Shown one piece after another: positions 36,520 to 38,792 of a stretch of DNA of 38,792 bases. Positions within the stretch are counted from its first letter, which is position 1. Each line of letters begins with the position of its first letter. Source of the stretch: an uncultured Candidatus Saccharibacteria bacterium (GTDB lineage: Bacteria; Patescibacteriota; Minisyncoccia; Phycocordibacterales; UBA918); NCBI GenBank assembly GCA_964614265.1, contig CAZTKT010000002.1, positions 1-38,792 on the forward strand, read 5' to 3'. Made by a program: the position numbers and the translations under genes. The notes under the pieces are model-generated. The model did not search any database, was not told the origin of the DNA, and saw only the letters and a program-made list of their open reading frames with translations.

Positions 36520-36538
36520 TTCGAATCCCGCCCGGGCT
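36520..36538 (+). other. tRNA 3'-end-like fragment (resembles the tRNA-Cys T-loop plus acceptor 3' strand)
   Basis: ttcgaatcccgcccgggct versus the tRNA-Cys sense sequence ttcgattcccgcccaggcc: 16/19 by eye. No 5' half of a tRNA is present upstream. Confidence 0.3.
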
Positions 36539-36817
36539 CGAACAAAACACACAAAATGACCTAGACATTCGTCCAAGTCATTTTGCTCTTGTGCGCCGAA
36601 ATGGAGATGGTTCGAACCTTGTGTCTGGTACACATAGAGACATAGTGCCCTGAATATATGTTGGTCGCTGTCGTGTGCTAGCTAGTAGTCGTAACTGGCT
36701 CTGAACTTGGGGGGATGTTCTGAAAGCCATAATAATAGAAAACCAAGCTAGTATCAAATATTTTTTATAGTTATACATTGGAGAAAAAAATAAAGAAGAT
36801 TATAATAGTATAACTAT

Positions 36818-37711
36818 ATGCAAACAAAAGTTCCTATCACAATTCATCTTGATGGTACAGGAGTCCAAGATGGTTCAATTTTGATAGAAGACCTAGTACC
36901 GGCATTACAGGGCTTTTCTAGTGCTTATGGAAAAATTGCAAGTAATTACTCTCAAGATTTAAATCATAACATTAGAGTTGAGTCATTTAAACCTGGTAGT
37001 TTTATTGTTAGTTTGTCTACAACAATACTTGAATATAAAGATGCTCTTAGTGCTACAGCAGATGCAATGTCAATTGTTGGCGGTGTTGGTGTAAGTGGTA
37101 CGGTTGTTTATAAAGTTATTGATTATGTAATAAAAACCCTCAGTGCTAAAAAACATATCAAAAATCAGCCATATACTCAACAAGTAAATTATAATTCAGG
37201 TAATGTTGTAATAATCAATGCCGACAATGTTGAATTAACTGTGCCATTAGAAGTTTATCAAATAGTGAAAGCTAGAACTATTGATGCGGACCTCAACAAG
37301 ATTGCGTCACTAATTGACGAAGAAAATATAAAAGAACTAAGTATAACTTATGAACGAGATGGTGAAATAGTTTCTGAAACAATAGACACTGATTCAAAAA
37401 AGTATTTTGATATGGATGATAAAGTAGTTTCTGAAACTAAAGACTCTTGGATAACTTGCAAGATAAATTCTTTAACTAAAACAACTAATCGTGGACAGGC
37501 ATATTTACCTGATGGTACGAGAGTGGGTTTTAAATTGGCTGGAGAAACACCCGATAATCTATATAAACATTTTGCACATAAGGGATGGGTAAAAATGTAC
37601 TGTAAGGTTAAGCTAGATGAAAGTTTAAAACCAATTGAACTTGATGTTTATGATATTCAACAAATAGAGAATGAATTACCTTTTAAAAAACCTGAAGAAA
37701 ATATAGGGTAG
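36818..37711 (+). CDS. Hypothetical protein (297 aa), strongly AT-rich gene
   Basis: A long uninterrupted ORF in a stretch far more AT-rich than the rest of the window. No family recognised. Confidence 0.6.
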   Translation: MQTKVPITIHLDGTGVQDGSILIEDLVPALQGFSSAYGKIASNYSQDLNHNIRVESFKPGSFIVSLSTTILEYKDALSATADAMSIVGGVGVSGTVVYKVIDYVIKTLSAKKHIKNQPYTQQVNYNSGNVVIINADNVELTVPLEVYQIVKARTIDADLNKIASLIDEENIKELSITYERDGEIVSETIDTDSKKYFDMDDKVVSETKDSWITCKINSLTKTTNRGQAYLPDGTRVGFKLAGETPDNLYKHFAHKGWVKMYCKVKLDESLKPIELDVYDIQQIENELPFKKPEENIG

Positions 37712-37741
37712 TGATATAACATAAAAAGCTTAAACGAAAAA

Positions 37742-37767
37742 ACAAGCGACTTTTCGCCTGTTTTTTT
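37742..37767 (+). terminator. Rho-independent terminator
   Basis: Stem acaagcga / tcgcctgt (one G-U pair), loop cttt, followed by T7. Confidence 0.7.
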
Positions 37768-37904
37768 ACCCTGCTCCGCATCGTGAACAACGTTAGAACC
37801 ATTTTTGAGAGGGAAAATGGGTATATCTACATTCCAGACCTACGGACACAGGGGCAGATTTAGTTTATTGATCCAAAACTGTGTGATGGTGTAAACTATT
37901 TATT

Positions 37905-38384
37905 ATGGAAGACCTATCCAACTACGACAAGCTTCGCGAGGATGCTCAAAAACTGTATGGCGGTACACGTTCTATTTTGTCGCCTGCTCTGAACGAACAT
38001 GTACACTTTACCGCAGAAGGCTTCAACCACATCATTTTTAAAGGTTCACGAAGTGAGCGAGAACGCCCATCACAAATACTACGTTTCAAACTACTGCCTC
38101 GGGCAATCAAACTGATAGGATACTCTACAACCTATCAGGAATATGAGGAAACCATCAAACGATTTGAAGTTAAAAGTCACAAGAAGAGAATACTAAAAGC
38201 AAAGCCAGTGAAGTATTGGGGCATCATTGCTATTACCGATGGACGCAAAATAAAAGTCATTCTCCGTAAAATTGGCGACAACGGACAGTTACACTTTTGG
38301 AGTATTGTGCCAGCGTGGACTACAAATAAATATCGAGATATGAAGCTCTTTAACACCATGAAAGGCAACCCTGATGAGGATTAG
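37905..38384 (+). CDS. Hypothetical protein (159 aa)
   Basis: ORF with TAAACT 7 nt upstream of the ATG. Basic, with no hydrophobic helices. No family recognised. Confidence 0.55.
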   Translation: MEDLSNYDKLREDAQKLYGGTRSILSPALNEHVHFTAEGFNHIIFKGSRSERERPSQILRFKLLPRAIKLIGYSTTYQEYEETIKRFEVKSHKKRILKAKPVKYWGIIAITDGRKIKVILRKIGDNGQLHFWSIVPAWTTNKYRDMKLFNTMKGNPDED

Positions 38385-38527
38385 AAAACAAAAAACACCA
38401 CCTTGTAGATGGTGTCCTTTGTTGTGCCTGCCTTCGGCTTATGTATTAGCCGAATAGGGCTGACGCCCCACAAGCACCTGCCCACTATATACCAGAAAAG
38501 ATGAACGGACAATGAGTGTGTACACAG

Positions 38528-38571
38528 TGTCCTCAGGAGGATTTGAACCCCAAATCTGGCGTTCAGAGGAC
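38528..38571 (-). other. tRNA-like minihelix or tRNA 3'-half fragment
   Basis: On the minus strand: GTCCTCT...TTGGGG-TTCAAAT-CCTCC-TGAGGAC-A. That is a T-arm-like hairpin closed by a 6-bp acceptor-like stem. No D arm or canonical anticodon arm is present. Confidence 0.3.
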
Positions 38572-38792
38572 GCTTGCTTTTAAGCGTTGCATTGATTCGA
38601 TACTATCTTTTTTTACCCCACCCCGCTACTCACTATTTTGCTTATCATAAATACAGCACGAAATGAAGCTCTTGCCTCTGTTCGTACACACTGGCTCCGT
38701 TCAATGGACGATGTTAGAACCTGTTTGGTAGGTGGCACCTCCCGCTACCCCTCAACTAGGACAGTTGTTAATAATGAATAATACTCCGAAGG

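Noticed and set aside
36578-36778. 66-aa minus-strand ORF, and a possible tRNA or tmRNA around the palindrome GGTTCGAACC (36609-36618)
   Set aside because: No T-stem, acceptor stem or tag-reading-frame could be folded on either strand around the motif. The ORF has no start context or recognisable features. A hairpin (aaaatgac...gtcatttt, about 36563-36594) exists, but no known RNA family could be assigned by eye.

Overview
This is a chromosomal segment of about 50% G+C (judged by eye, not computed). It is probably from a small-genome bacterium of the Candidate Phyla Radiation/Patescibacteria type. That placement is an inference from a minimal IF-2, an epsilon subunit without C-terminal helices, a tandem array of small VirB2/TrbC-like pilins and many orphan ORFs. 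Layout:
(1) 1-1.9 kb: a large serine recombinase whose ORF runs antisense through a tRNA-His gene, probably the edge of an integrated element lying left of the window.
(2) 1.97-11.3 kb: an F1Fo ATP synthase operon, atpB-E-F-H-A ... G ... D ... C. Every junction after atpA carries accessory DNA. The first ~60 nt of atpG occur three times (5547, 6212, 7419), and the copies delimit two toxin-antitoxin cassettes, each with its own promoter-like sequence. This is the most striking structure I can see directly.
(3) 11.4-17.4 kb: orphan ORFs, trxB, an orphan HicB-like antitoxin, and ftsZ, ftsA, ybeY, rpsU.
(4) 17.5-23.5 kb (window centre): a methyltransferase, a solute-binding-like protein, four tandem VirB2/TrbC-like pilin paralogs with no secretion ATPase nearby, and a convergent two-gene operon of large unknown membrane proteins.
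(5) 23.7-24.6 kb: four tRNA genes (Leu-TAG, Lys-CTT, Leu-TAA, Cys-GCA). Two of them have their 3' ends duplicated just downstream.
(6) 24.7-32.4 kb: rbfA, infB, a cysteine desulfurase, clpB and a DEAD-box helicase.
(7) 32.6-36.4 kb: a 1165-aa membrane protein ending in a J-domain, plus a small upstream ORF.
(8) 36.45 kb to the end: a visibly AT-rich accessory patch with two unknown genes, tRNA-like fragments and imperfect direct repeats.
I saw no rRNA, no CRISPR array and no transposase. All family calls come from motif recognition by eye; no searches were run.
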